From the NCBI GenBank assembly GCA_902782905.1, contig CACZPB010000008.1:1-38095 (forward strand): a DNA stretch of 38,095 bases. Reading direction: 5' to 3'. This DNA comes from an uncultured bacterium. Lineage in GTDB: Bacteria; Cyanobacteriota; Vampirovibrionia; Gastranaerophilales; Gastranaerophilaceae. This document shows positions 11,398 to 20,333 of the stretch, in pieces. Each line of letters begins with the position of its first letter. Position 1 is the first letter of the stretch. The notes beneath the pieces were generated by a model. It saw only the letters and a program-made list of their open reading frames with translations, was not told the origin of the DNA and searched no databases. Position numbers and translations under genes: made by a program.

Positions 11398-12687
11398 TTA
11401 TTTTATTATAACTCTGATTATACCAATCATAATCCAAAATGTAAATTGAATTTGCGGTCTGAAAAATACGGTATCCACCATCCCGTGAGCAAGTATTCCA
11501 ATTATCGAAACGGTTGCAGCCAAAACAAAAACTGACTCAGCAGATTTTTGCGAAAAGATGAATTTTAATGCTTTTATGATATTTACCCCAAGAAAAGCCA
11601 AGAAAGAAATTAGCGCAAAAATTCCGCTTTCTACTGCTGTTTCCAGATAGATATTATAAGCGCTCAGAGCATCAAACCCTGTTTTCATATATAACCCGTA
11701 AATTTCTCTGAAATTTTGGTTTCCACACCCAATTCCCAAGAGCCAATTATCCTTGAACATTTGAACGCAAGAGTTATAAACGTTGAATCTGAACGAATTA
11801 GAGCTGTCTCCTCTCATTGCAAATATAGAAAAAATTCTTGCCCTTAAAGATGCTGTGGAAACTACAACGAACGAGAGTGCCAATGCGCAAAAGCCGATAA
11901 TTGTTGTAAATATTTTTTTGAATTTTGGCTCAAGAAACTTGTATATTACAAGGACAAGAACAATAAGTTCAAAGAAAAACGCAATATAGGCACCTCTGCA
12001 CCCTGTAAAAACAAGTGCGACAGAAGATGCTAATCCGCCGAGCAATGCAATGGGAAGAAGCTTTTTATTAAAAAACGGCAAAGCTATAAAAGCCGGAATA
12101 ATTGATAACATATATCCGCCAAACAAGTTCGGATTGTATGGTTTCAAAGTCCCGTATACTCTTGTCATAACTTCTTCGGGATTAAGTGAAGACATATCTT
12201 GCCAGCCAGAAATTTCCTCAACTGCTCCAAAATTTTGCAAAAAGGCAAATATTGTTTCATAAGCCGCCGAGAGGCAAAATGCAACAAAAAACCACTTAAT
12301 TTTGTCTCGGTTATCTTTCAGATAGTGAACAGTAGAAACATAAAATCCTAAATATGTCAGAGTTTTAAAAAATCCTTTAAGGCTCAAATACAAAAGCGAT
12401 GAACCTGCAAGGCTTATAATCACAAAAATAAAGTACGCAAGCAAAAATTTGTCCGCCAAATTCATCTCAAATTTTTCGCCTGATTTAGTCAATATTTTTA
12501 TTCCTGTCAGTAGGATGGCAAACAGCGCAAAGTATCCTATATCATCCGAACTTGCAATTGTAGAGCTCAATATTACAAGCATAATATTAGCGCCAATAAG
12601 CCAATCCAAGTTTTGAAGAAGAAAACTTTTTTCATATACAGGCTTAAAAAGTTTTTGAAAATTCTCTAAAATGCCATTTATAAGCAT
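11398..12687 (-). CDS. IctB-like O-antigen ligase/polymerase (Wzy_C) family membrane protein
   Basis: Multi-TM; RVYGTLKPYNPNLFGGY, DSSNSFRFNVY and GIGCGN...ALSAYNIYLE resemble recalled cyanobacterial IctB motifs. Confidence 0.8.
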   Translation of the reverse strand: MLINGILENFQKLFKPVYEKSFLLQNLDWLIGANIMLVILSSTIASSDDIGYFALFAILLTGIKILTKSGEKFEMNLADKFLLAYFIFVIISLAGSSLLYLSLKGFFKTLTYLGFYVSTVHYLKDNRDKIKWFFVAFCLSAAYETIFAFLQNFGAVEEISGWQDMSSLNPEEVMTRVYGTLKPYNPNLFGGYMLSIIPAFIALPFFNKKLLPIALLGGLASSVALVFTGCRGAYIAFFFELIVLVLVIYKFLEPKFKKIFTTIIGFCALALSFVVVSTASLRARIFSIFAMRGDSSNSFRFNVYNSCVQMFKDNWLLGIGCGNQNFREIYGLYMKTGFDALSAYNIYLETAVESGIFALISFLAFLGVNIIKALKFIFSQKSAESVFVLAATVSIIGILAHGMVDTVFFRPQIQFTFWIMIGIIRVIIK

Positions 12688-12699
12688 TTTTACCGGTTC

Positions 12700-13239
12700 C
12701 TATCCTAATTCTTTATTTTCCCCTGAGTCTTCGACGTTGACTTCAGACATAACTCTAACATCGGAAATTGTTCCGTTAAACTTGTAATTTTCACCCTCTA
12801 AGGTTACTGGAAGACCCATCTTTATCTTGTTTCCGCCAACTACGGCTCCGTCTTTTGTGATTTTTGCAACATCTTTTATTGTTACAATTGCATCAAAAAC
12901 TGACGGCTGTGTCGGGTCATTGATTATAATATATTGTTTTTCAGATTTTGCTGAAGGCAGTGCCGTTTGTCTCGGATTTGACGTAACATCTAAGACTTCA
13001 AGCTCCGTATAGGGAACATTTCTTATGGTAATAAATGTTTTGTCATTTGTTTTTATAGGGAATGCTTCACTGGTAGTTGTCACGCCTCTCAAGAAAACTT
13101 CAAACGTAATCGGTGAAGTTGCCTCTATTTGCTTGTCGGCTGTCTGTCTAAAATGTTTCATTGTGAACAGTCCGACTAAAAGCGCAATAATTACTCCAAC
13201 TAAAATTATAATATCCGCTATGCTGATTTTATTTTTCAT
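12700..13239 (-). CDS. DUF4330-like membrane-anchored protein
   Basis: N-terminal ISIADIIIL TM anchor; C-terminal VVGGNKIKMGLPVTLEGENYKFNGTISDV resembles DUF4330. Confidence 0.65.
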   Translation of the reverse strand: MKNKISIADIIILVGVIIALLVGLFTMKHFRQTADKQIEATSPITFEVFLRGVTTTSEAFPIKTNDKTFITIRNVPYTELEVLDVTSNPRQTALPSAKSEKQYIIINDPTQPSVFDAIVTIKDVAKITKDGAVVGGNKIKMGLPVTLEGENYKFNGTISDVRVMSEVNVEDSGENKELG

Positions 13240-13247
13240 AATCTCTC

Positions 13248-14267
13248 CTACTCATCCACTTCAATAGTATCGGGCACTGATTTTAGAATTTCTTCCAGAG
13301 TTGTTGTAGCGCATCCGTATTGTTTGATAACAATACCGGCTGCAATATTACCTATAATTGCAGCATAAACAGGCTCTGCACCTGCTGCGAGTGCAAGAGT
13401 GTAAGTAGCTGTAACCGTATCTCCGGCTCCTGTTACATCAAAAACTTTAGACTTGTTAAAAACAGGAATATGAGTGTATTTGCCGCCTTTTTCAATTACA
13501 ACCATACCCTCAGAGCCGCAAGTTATGAGTACAGAAGGCGCATCTGTTTCTTGTATAAGCTTGCCGCCTGCCATAAGAAAATCAGCCTTGGATTTCAAAT
13601 AATATCCGACGTGTTTTTGAGTATCAGGAAGGTTTGGCGTCATAGAGGTTACACCCTTGTACCTGTTAAGCTCTTTTTGTGCGTCAACAATAACGATTTT
13701 ATTCAGTTTTTTTGCTCCGTCCACAACAGTACTGATAACCTTATCTGTTAATGTTCCTATATGATAATCAGACAGTATAACCGCATCGTGTTCGGGAAGA
13801 AGTCTGTTAATAGCCTCTATCATTTTGTCTTCAGTTTCTTTAGATATAGGGGCGTTTGTCTGGCGGTCAATTCTTACAATCTGCTGGGTTACGGATTGTG
13901 AACAAGAACCAGAAATCCTTGTTTTTGTAATAGTTTTACGCTCTTTGTCAACGATTAAATTATCACAATTTATATTAGCCTTAATGAAGGCTTCTCTTAA
14001 ATCCTGAGCTTGATAATCATCACCAATTATACCAATAACACTGACTTTACCTTTATTAAGCTCTGAAACGTTATGAGCTGCGTTTGATGCTCCGCCCAGA
14101 ATAAAGTTCGTGTGAGTATGCTGCAAAATAAGCACAGGTGCTTCTCTTGAAATACGTTCTGTATCGCCGTAAACCATCTCATCAAGCGCCAAATCACCAA
14201 CCACAAGGATTCTGGGCTCATCAAGTTTTCTAATTGTTTCTTTAAGTTTCTCTCTGTCGATATTCAT
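13248..14267 (-). CDS. RfaE1/HldE-type D-glycero-D-manno-heptose-7-phosphate kinase (PfkB family)
   Basis: VVGDLALDEMVYG, RISREAPV, GGASNAAHN, TITKTRI, QQIVRIDR, ILSDY, PfkB signature DVTGAGDT; kinase domain only. Confidence 0.9.
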   Translation of the reverse strand: MNIDREKLKETIRKLDEPRILVVGDLALDEMVYGDTERISREAPVLILQHTHTNFILGGASNAAHNVSELNKGKVSVIGIIGDDYQAQDLREAFIKANINCDNLIVDKERKTITKTRISGSCSQSVTQQIVRIDRQTNAPISKETEDKMIEAINRLLPEHDAVILSDYHIGTLTDKVISTVVDGAKKLNKIVIVDAQKELNRYKGVTSMTPNLPDTQKHVGYYLKSKADFLMAGGKLIQETDAPSVLITCGSEGMVVIEKGGKYTHIPVFNKSKVFDVTGAGDTVTATYTLALAAGAEPVYAAIIGNIAAGIVIKQYGCATTTLEEILKSVPDTIEVDE

Positions 14268-14345
14268 ATCATCTTCCCTTACGATTGCTTAAGATTAGAA
14301 TATAATATATAATAATTATAATACAAATAAACCGAGAGAGATTAC

Positions 14346-15164
14346 ATGGCTGGTAACTTTTACAACAAGAATGATTCTTTGGATATTAACGAACTTGCGG
14401 CATTAAATAATGACATATCTGATGATATGTTGGAAAAATTGTCTCAGCAGGTTGCGCAGCAGGGTACAACAATGAATGAAAATGACGATACAACTCTGTT
14501 TGAAGAACCGAAAAAGCCTGAACCGGCACCAGCCTCAAATGATGAAGGCGGATATGAAGATGATTTTATTCGCAAATTTAAGGCAAAACAAAATAAAGTA
14601 AATTCTCCGGAACCTCAACCCGAACCTCAAGCAGAACAAGTTACAGAGCCTGTTCAAGAAGTGCAAGAACCCTTAACTCCGCAGTCTGAAGCACAGACGC
14701 CGGAAATAACACAAGAACCGGCACCGATACAGCCTCCCGTGGAACCGATAGAGCAGGTGACGAACGGCAATATTATGGAAAAAGCCGTTACAAAAGAGCA
14801 GCTGCAATACAACGACAGTCTTGACTATCTTGACGGAAATACAAAATATTCAAAATACGTTATCTATGTCGACCCGCAAAATGTTGATTTTATTGAAAGT
14901 TTAACGGTCAAAGAGCGTAAGAACCTTATAAACAGTATACTTAGAGAACAAGATGATATAGGAATAACAAAACAGCGTTACAAAAAAATTCAAACTATTA
15001 TAACGCATGCAATTGTTGCAATTTTAACAGTAACAATTGCGGTTCCGGTAATTTATTACACAATTAATGCGTCTTTAGAAGCATCTATAAACAATTACAG
15101 ACGCTCTCAAACAAACTTCCAAACTCTATATAAAGAAAACGGAAAAATTACAAATAAAAATTAG
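14346..15164 (+). CDS. Hypothetical acidic protein with Pro/Glu/Gln-rich linker and C-terminal TM helix
   Basis: 272 aa; low-complexity EPQPEPQAEQ region; TM segment AIVAILTVTIAVPVIYYTI. Confidence 0.8.
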   Translation: MAGNFYNKNDSLDINELAALNNDISDDMLEKLSQQVAQQGTTMNENDDTTLFEEPKKPEPAPASNDEGGYEDDFIRKFKAKQNKVNSPEPQPEPQAEQVTEPVQEVQEPLTPQSEAQTPEITQEPAPIQPPVEPIEQVTNGNIMEKAVTKEQLQYNDSLDYLDGNTKYSKYVIYVDPQNVDFIESLTVKERKNLINSILREQDDIGITKQRYKKIQTIITHAIVAILTVTIAVPVIYYTINASLEASINNYRRSQTNFQTLYKENGKITNKN

Positions 15165-15862
15165 GCTGCCTGTTGTGGTTTCAGTGCATTGGCAATTTTT
15201 TCACCAATTACATTGCCTGTTACATAAGAACCGATTGATGCCGTAACAAACAATAACCCTTTTGCTACTTTTGGTGCGTGTTTAAATACATGTTTATTCA
15301 TAAATGTTTTTGTTTCGCAGAATTTCTTAATAGCATCAGCTTGTTCTTGTTTATAAAACGGTAATCTCTTATACAAAGCTTCTCTTTCGGTAATTTCATA
15401 TTTTCCGTTTTTATAAGAAGCTTTTGATAATCCTAATATCCTTTTAGCTGCGCCTTCACCGAGTAACATTCCTCCGAATGAACATCCGCTTATTATTGCA
15501 GCGCTCTGCTTGTCATCTGCAAATGCAACCTTAACTGCCTCTGTAGCACCAATAAGAGGGTTAATGTTGTTCATGGTAAATCTTAATACTTTACCTGCTC
15601 CGTTTGCAATCTTGTCGGCTTTTAAAAACGCATTCAAAGCTTTTTCTTTCTCTGCAACTTTTGCTGCTAATCCCGCATTAGTTTCTTTTGCAATATTAGC
15701 TGCTCCCTCTACTACTTTTGCAGTTTGACCAGCTGCAACATCATAATCCATAATACTCAAAATAGGATTGTTACGTCCGTTACCTTTGCCGATTCTTCGA
15801 GGAGCAAAGATTGAACCTGACGTTACAAACGGTAAAAATGCTGTTATTGCAGATACTGCCAT
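15161..15862 (-). CDS. Hypothetical Ala/Gly-rich basic protein with weakly hydrophobic helices
   Basis: 233 aa ORF; preceded by upstream motif A. Confidence 0.8.
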   Translation of the reverse strand: MAVSAITAFLPFVTSGSIFAPRRIGKGNGRNNPILSIMDYDVAAGQTAKVVEGAANIAKETNAGLAAKVAEKEKALNAFLKADKIANGAGKVLRFTMNNINPLIGATEAVKVAFADDKQSAAIISGCSFGGMLLGEGAAKRILGLSKASYKNGKYEITEREALYKRLPFYKQEQADAIKKFCETKTFMNKHVFKHAPKVAKGLLFVTASIGSYVTGNVIGEKIANALKPQQAA

Positions 15863-15898
15863 CTAATTTTAACCCTTTACACTATACGAGTACTACAC

Positions 15899-15920
15899 AC
15901 TATATTTATATAAAGTATTT
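15899..15920 (-). promoter_or_regulatory. Conserved upstream motif A
   Basis: Minus strand AAATACTTTAT-ATAAA-TATAGT, 36 nt before ATG 15862. Confidence 0.6.
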
Positions 15921-15953
15921 CTGTTAAGAGAAATTGCAAAAAACGAGAAAAAC

Positions 15954-15982
15954 TTTACAATTCTTTACAGAAAATGTATTAT
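15954..15982 (+). promoter_or_regulatory. Sigma70-type promoter of rnpA (probably leaderless mRNA)
   Basis: TTTACA-N17-TATTAT-N6-ATG(15989); no Shine-Dalgarno. Confidence 0.6.
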
Positions 15983-15988
15983 TTTAAT

Positions 15989-16333
15989 ATGCTTCAAAAA
16001 GAAAACAGACTAAAAAAGCGCTCGGCATTTGCAGCAACATATAGAACGGGAAAAACTTTTCACTCTATGGGAGTGACAGTTTTTGTCGGAAAAGAGAAAA
16101 AAAACGAGAGTCCGACAAGAGTTGGTTTTGTTGTGAGTAAGAAAATTCACAAGCGCGCAGTCAAGAGAAACCGAATTAAAAGATTAATGAGAGAAAGTTG
16201 CAGGCTTTTGATAAAAGACGGAGCTTTTTCTGACAAATACATCTCACTGATTTTTGTTGCTTCTTCAAAACTTTTGAATAAAAACTTTAAAGAAGTAGAT
16301 ACAGCTATAAAGAATCTGGTAGCAAAATTATGA
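15989..16333 (+). CDS. rnpA: Ribonuclease P protein component
   Basis: MLQKENRLKK..F, RVGFVVSKK, RNR motif AVKRNRIKRLMRE; start revised from 15974 to 15989. Confidence 0.95.
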   Translation: MLQKENRLKKRSAFAATYRTGKTFHSMGVTVFVGKEKKNESPTRVGFVVSKKIHKRAVKRNRIKRLMRESCRLLIKDGAFSDKYISLIFVASSKLLNKNFKEVDTAIKNLVAKL

Positions 16334-16878
16334 TAGACGGAATTGTAACACCCGCACTTCGTGATATAGATTATCTTGCGCCTGCGGCGCCTTATCCTGT
16401 AATACCATCAGGAATAACTGTTCACGAAAACAGTATTTACAGATACTCAATTCCTACTGATGAACAGCCGACGTTGTCTATTGTAGATTATATCCCTGAC
16501 CATAACGGAAACTTTATCAAACCCGGATATTATCAGCTTGCGCTCTCAGACGACAGAGAATTTTTGTATCTTATTGAATCCAAGGACTTAATTGCAATTA
16601 TTCCTGTTTTTAAATTGGCCGAAAACGAGGCAGAAGTAAGGAAGCTGTATGCAAGTAAAAAAGAGCTCACTAAAAAAGAAAAGCAAGCTCGAGCAAAGAA
16701 AAAACGTAAAGATAAAATGAAAAAGATTATAGATGAAAAGTACGCAGTAACCGGCGCAACGCCGCCAAAAGAATACGAACACATGGAGGCGACAATTGAG
16801 TACGTAAAAGACGGGGGATATTATCTTATTATGTACGAAAAAGGTTATATAAGGGCTTGGGGAGCAATTAAAAGATAA
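16330..16878 (+). CDS. Hypothetical protein, translationally coupled to rnpA
   Basis: ATGA overlap with the rnpA stop; 182 aa with a Lys-rich internal segment. Confidence 0.8.
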   Translation: MIDGIVTPALRDIDYLAPAAPYPVIPSGITVHENSIYRYSIPTDEQPTLSIVDYIPDHNGNFIKPGYYQLALSDDREFLYLIESKDLIAIIPVFKLAENEAEVRKLYASKKELTKKEKQARAKKKRKDKMKKIIDEKYAVTGATPPKEYEHMEATIEYVKDGGYYLIMYEKGYIRAWGAIKR

Positions 16879-16888
16879 GTTTAATTTA

Positions 16889-17449
16889 CTATTTCAAGCA
16901 GTACTTTTTAGCGCACCCAAACATAGAGTCCACAAGTTCCGTGTTTGAATAAATATTCATTCCGGCAGATGTAAGAACTTGTTTCATTCTGTTTTCCCAA
17001 ATAGTGTAAATCTCATCCTGAGGCATGCCGAGTGTCTTCCCGATTAGTTGAAGCTCTTTGTAGTCAATAGGGACAGGCAGTGCTCCTCTAAGCATATCAA
17101 CTACATCAAGTCGTTTCTTTCTGGGGAAAGATTTTAGGAAAGAGACTGTTGATAGCTTATTATCTTTCATATACTCTTTTATAATTTCTACGGCTTCGTC
17201 AATCAAAATCGGTTCTTGTGGGATTTTGTATTCGTCAAATTCTTCAGGAGCAATATCCATAACAGTGGCAATTCTCTCCAGAGTAGTGCTTCTTGTAGAG
17301 AAAGGGACTGTCTCATCAATTAGATTGTATACATAAGAAAGAGTTACTCCAATCATCTCTGCAAAATCTCTTTTATGGAGCGCATTCTTATCAAGAAACT
17401 TTGATACTTTATCCGAACTCTTTTGCGGAATTATTTGTTTAGTTTTCAT
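16889..17449 (-). CDS. XRE/Cro-like helix-turn-helix DNA-binding protein (probably tandem domains)
   Basis: KRDFAEMIGVTLSYVYNL...TLERIATVMDI is XRE-like; a second, degenerate copy follows; GAGGT RBS. Confidence 0.75.
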   Translation of the reverse strand: MKTKQIIPQKSSDKVSKFLDKNALHKRDFAEMIGVTLSYVYNLIDETVPFSTRSTTLERIATVMDIAPEEFDEYKIPQEPILIDEAVEIIKEYMKDNKLSTVSFLKSFPRKKRLDVVDMLRGALPVPIDYKELQLIGKTLGMPQDEIYTIWENRMKQVLTSAGMNIYSNTELVDSMFGCAKKYCLK

Positions 17450-17625
17450 TTTTGTACCTCACTTTTGACTTAGGATTTGTGCAATTTTAAGTTAATAGAT
17501 TTAAAAATTTTTTATAACCCCGCTCTATCCCTCAAAAAGGATAATTAAAAAATTTTTTAAAATTACAATTATTTAAATAGCAAATTTTATATTCAGAGGT
17601 TTTAGATTATTTAAGGAAATCTCAA

Positions 17626-19953
17626 ATGGTAAAAATAGCATCTGTAGGTCAAAATTTTTTAATCGGAATTAAGAAGCTCAGAAGCAGAGCCGGCGAAAAT
17701 TTTATAAGCTCTCCTTCCGCAAGTTCCGGATATCTACCTGTTACAGCATCAGCAGTTGCAGCAGGCATGATGGTCTCAGGTAAGTGCAAAAATTTTTATA
17801 ATACGCTTGATAAAAATTATTTTCAGCTAAAAACCAATCCTGAAACAGGTTATCCTTACGAGCCCGATGTTTTTCAAACAACAGCTGCAAATCACCTGTT
17901 TCTTGGAGATGATGTCATTGTGACAGCTCCGACAGGTACAGGAAAAACCGCAATCGCAGAGTACATTATGACCAAGAACTTGAACGAGGGTAAGCGTACT
18001 TTTTATACAACACCTCTAAAAGCTTTAAGTAACGAAAAATTTAGAGATTTTTGTAAGACTTACGGCGAAAATAATGTAGGTCTCTTAACAGGTGATACAA
18101 AGATTAATACAAAAGCACCAATAATCATCATGACAACAGAAGTTTACAGAAATATGGCAACTTCCGCTTATTTTGATAAAACCAAAAATCTTCCCAAAGA
18201 TTTGAAAACAGTAATTTTTGACGAGCTTCAATATCTGGGCGATGTTGATAGAGGCGGTGTGTGGGAAACATCAATCATGCTTACCCCAAACGATGTCCAA
18301 ATGCTCTCACTCTCAGCAACTGCTAAAAATGCAGAAAAGATTAACGATTGGATTGCATCGATAAGAAACCAGAAAGCTCTGGGAATAACGGCTGACGGGA
18401 ATTATCATACAAATCCTTCCCCTAAACCCAGAAGTGTTTGGATAGATGTGCCCTCTAAAAACAGGCACGTGCCTTTAGATATTACGATGGAGCATGTATC
18501 TCCGGACGGGAGCAAAAAAACTCCGAATAAAACAAAAAAGAAAAATTCCGAAGATTTTAAAAAAGCGCTTAGTTTAAAAACCAATATTTCAACATACAAA
18601 TACCTTACAAAAAATCTAAACGATGCAGGAAAGCTTCCCGCAATTTATTTTATATTCTCAAAAAAAGATTCAAGAGCTCTTTTGAGCTATTTTGAAGAGT
18701 TTGGTGATACTCTGACAACAGAGAGTGAACGAAAAGAAATTCAAGCAACAATAGATAAATACATTAATGAGGGTAAGTACTTAGGCGAGAGTCTAAATAA
18801 AGAGGCTATGCTAAAAGGTTATGCTACGCACAATGCCGGCATGCTTCCCATGCAAAAACAGCTTGTAGAGGAACTGTTCCAGCGAAAACTTCTAAAAGTT
18901 GCCGTTGCAACAGAAACATTATCGGCGGGTATTAATATGCCTGCGAAAACCACAGTTATTACCTCAGTAAGAAAGCCTGCATCCTTAGGTGATGAGCTGG
19001 GTGACGGGAAAAGAAACCTTACTCCGAATGAATTTCACCAAATGGCAGGCAGAGCAGGCAGGCGCGGTATAGACAAACAGGGGTACTGTATTCCGCTCAG
19101 TTGTAACAAGGCTCAAACCGCAATTATTGAAGATTTAATTGCGTCACCTTCCAACAACCTGAAAAGCAACTTCAAGTTCGATTACGCATTTGTTGCAAAC
19201 TATATGGCTATGTTTGAAGGAAGCGATGAAGTCAAAAACTTTATTAAACGTACATTTTTTGCTCAAGGAAATGAGCACAAGGCTAATGCGCTTATTAAAG
19301 AATTTAATATTAAGAGAGATATCTTGGAAGGAGACGGGTATATTCAGGGGCAAAAATTAACCCTCAAGGGTGAGCTTTTGAGAAAAATTAACGGGTATGA
19401 ACAAATCCCCGTGATTAATTTTATTGCAGATAAAAAACTTGCAAATTTGAATACCGAGGAGCTGGCAGCTATAGTCGGCGGTATGGCAAATGTTGCTTAC
19501 AAAGATTCTTTGAGGGCGCGAGAGACAATATTTTCACTGGATGGAGAATTGAGTGAAAAAGCCGAAACCGTCAGTGATGAATTAAATGAAGAAATAAAAT
19601 CTTATTCGGAAAGAGTCAGTGAGCTAAATCCAAATATAACTATGGAAGTCGATTCCAATGTTATAAAGCATCTTTATGAATGGGCAAAACTGAATTCCGA
19701 AAATGAAAACGGCGTATCTAACTGGCGAAAACTATATACCGGTGAGCTTAAAGACACAATCAGAGATGAAGGAACTCTGTTTAAGGAAATAATGATGACA
19801 GTAGATTTGATGAAGCAAATGATTGGCATTTGCGAAACAGGCGAGTATTTAAGTTCGGAAGAAGATAAAAAATATTACGCAGAACTTAGGGAAAAACTCT
19901 GTGATGCAATAAATCTATTGTACAGAGAACCTGTGGGGGGTAAATGTAATTAG
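17626..19953 (+). CDS. Ski2/HelY-like SF2 RNA helicase with N-terminal extension
   Basis: Motif I APTGTGKT, Ia YTTPLKALSNEK, GLLTGD, MTTEVYRNM, II DELQ, III LSAT, V ATETLSAGINMPA, VI QMAGRAGRRG. Confidence 0.92.
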   Translation: MVKIASVGQNFLIGIKKLRSRAGENFISSPSASSGYLPVTASAVAAGMMVSGKCKNFYNTLDKNYFQLKTNPETGYPYEPDVFQTTAANHLFLGDDVIVTAPTGTGKTAIAEYIMTKNLNEGKRTFYTTPLKALSNEKFRDFCKTYGENNVGLLTGDTKINTKAPIIIMTTEVYRNMATSAYFDKTKNLPKDLKTVIFDELQYLGDVDRGGVWETSIMLTPNDVQMLSLSATAKNAEKINDWIASIRNQKALGITADGNYHTNPSPKPRSVWIDVPSKNRHVPLDITMEHVSPDGSKKTPNKTKKKNSEDFKKALSLKTNISTYKYLTKNLNDAGKLPAIYFIFSKKDSRALLSYFEEFGDTLTTESERKEIQATIDKYINEGKYLGESLNKEAMLKGYATHNAGMLPMQKQLVEELFQRKLLKVAVATETLSAGINMPAKTTVITSVRKPASLGDELGDGKRNLTPNEFHQMAGRAGRRGIDKQGYCIPLSCNKAQTAIIEDLIASPSNNLKSNFKFDYAFVANYMAMFEGSDEVKNFIKRTFFAQGNEHKANALIKEFNIKRDILEGDGYIQGQKLTLKGELLRKINGYEQIPVINFIADKKLANLNTEELAAIVGGMANVAYKDSLRARETIFSLDGELSEKAETVSDELNEEIKSYSERVSELNPNITMEVDSNVIKHLYEWAKLNSENENGVSNWRKLYTGELKDTIRDEGTLFKEIMMTVDLMKQMIGICETGEYLSSEEDKKYYAELREKLCDAINLLYREPVGGKCN

Positions 19954-20079
19954 TTCGGATTAGGGACTACAAACATATCGTCCTTCGGGGGGGGGTAAAT
20001 GTACTTGGTTTGGATTAGGGACTACAAATATATCGTCCTTCGGGGGTAAATGTACTTGGTTTGGATTATGGACTACAAA
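19935..20079 (+). repeat. Tandem repeat, about 2.7 copies of a 46-bp core plus variable G run
   Basis: (G)n-TAAATGTA(A/C)TT(A/G)GTT(C/T)GGATTA(G/T)GGACTACAAA(C/T)ATATCGTCCTTC; units start at 19935, 19987 and 20042 with G runs of 6, 9 and 5. Confidence 0.9.
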
Positions 20080-20152
20080 AGTTATGGCGATTCTTCGGAC
20101 TTCGTTTAAATCAATACAAAACCCGTCTAATCTTTTTCCTCAGAATGACGAT
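20077..20152 (+). repeat. REP-like dispersed element GATTCTTCG...CTCAGAATGAC
   Basis: AAAAGTTATGGCGATTCTTCG-N41-CTCAGAATGACGAT; identical arms at 29146-29199. Confidence 0.8.
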
Positions 20153-20247
20153 AAAAGCAAGTAGCACATTATCTTGAACGTTGATTTTTAGTAATTATAT
20201 TAGTTTTTGTCGGCATACCTGCCCAACAATAACGTGTATTATAAGCT

Positions 20248-20281
20248 GGATTGCTTCGACCTAATCGGTCTCGCAATGACG
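20248..20281 (+). repeat. REP-like element GGATTGCTTCG...CTCGCAATGAC
   Basis: GGATTGCTTCG-ACCTAATCGGT-CTCGCAATGACG; variant of the previous element with paired ATTGC/GCAAT. Confidence 0.7.
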
Positions 20282-20333
20282 CGTCGGACTTGTAGGTTTT
20301 ACGCCAAGCTAATATATTTACCCCTTTACCCCT

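Noticed and set aside
19935-20079. Possible CRISPR array
   Set aside because: Units are contiguous near-identical copies without unique spacers, and there are no cas genes in the window.
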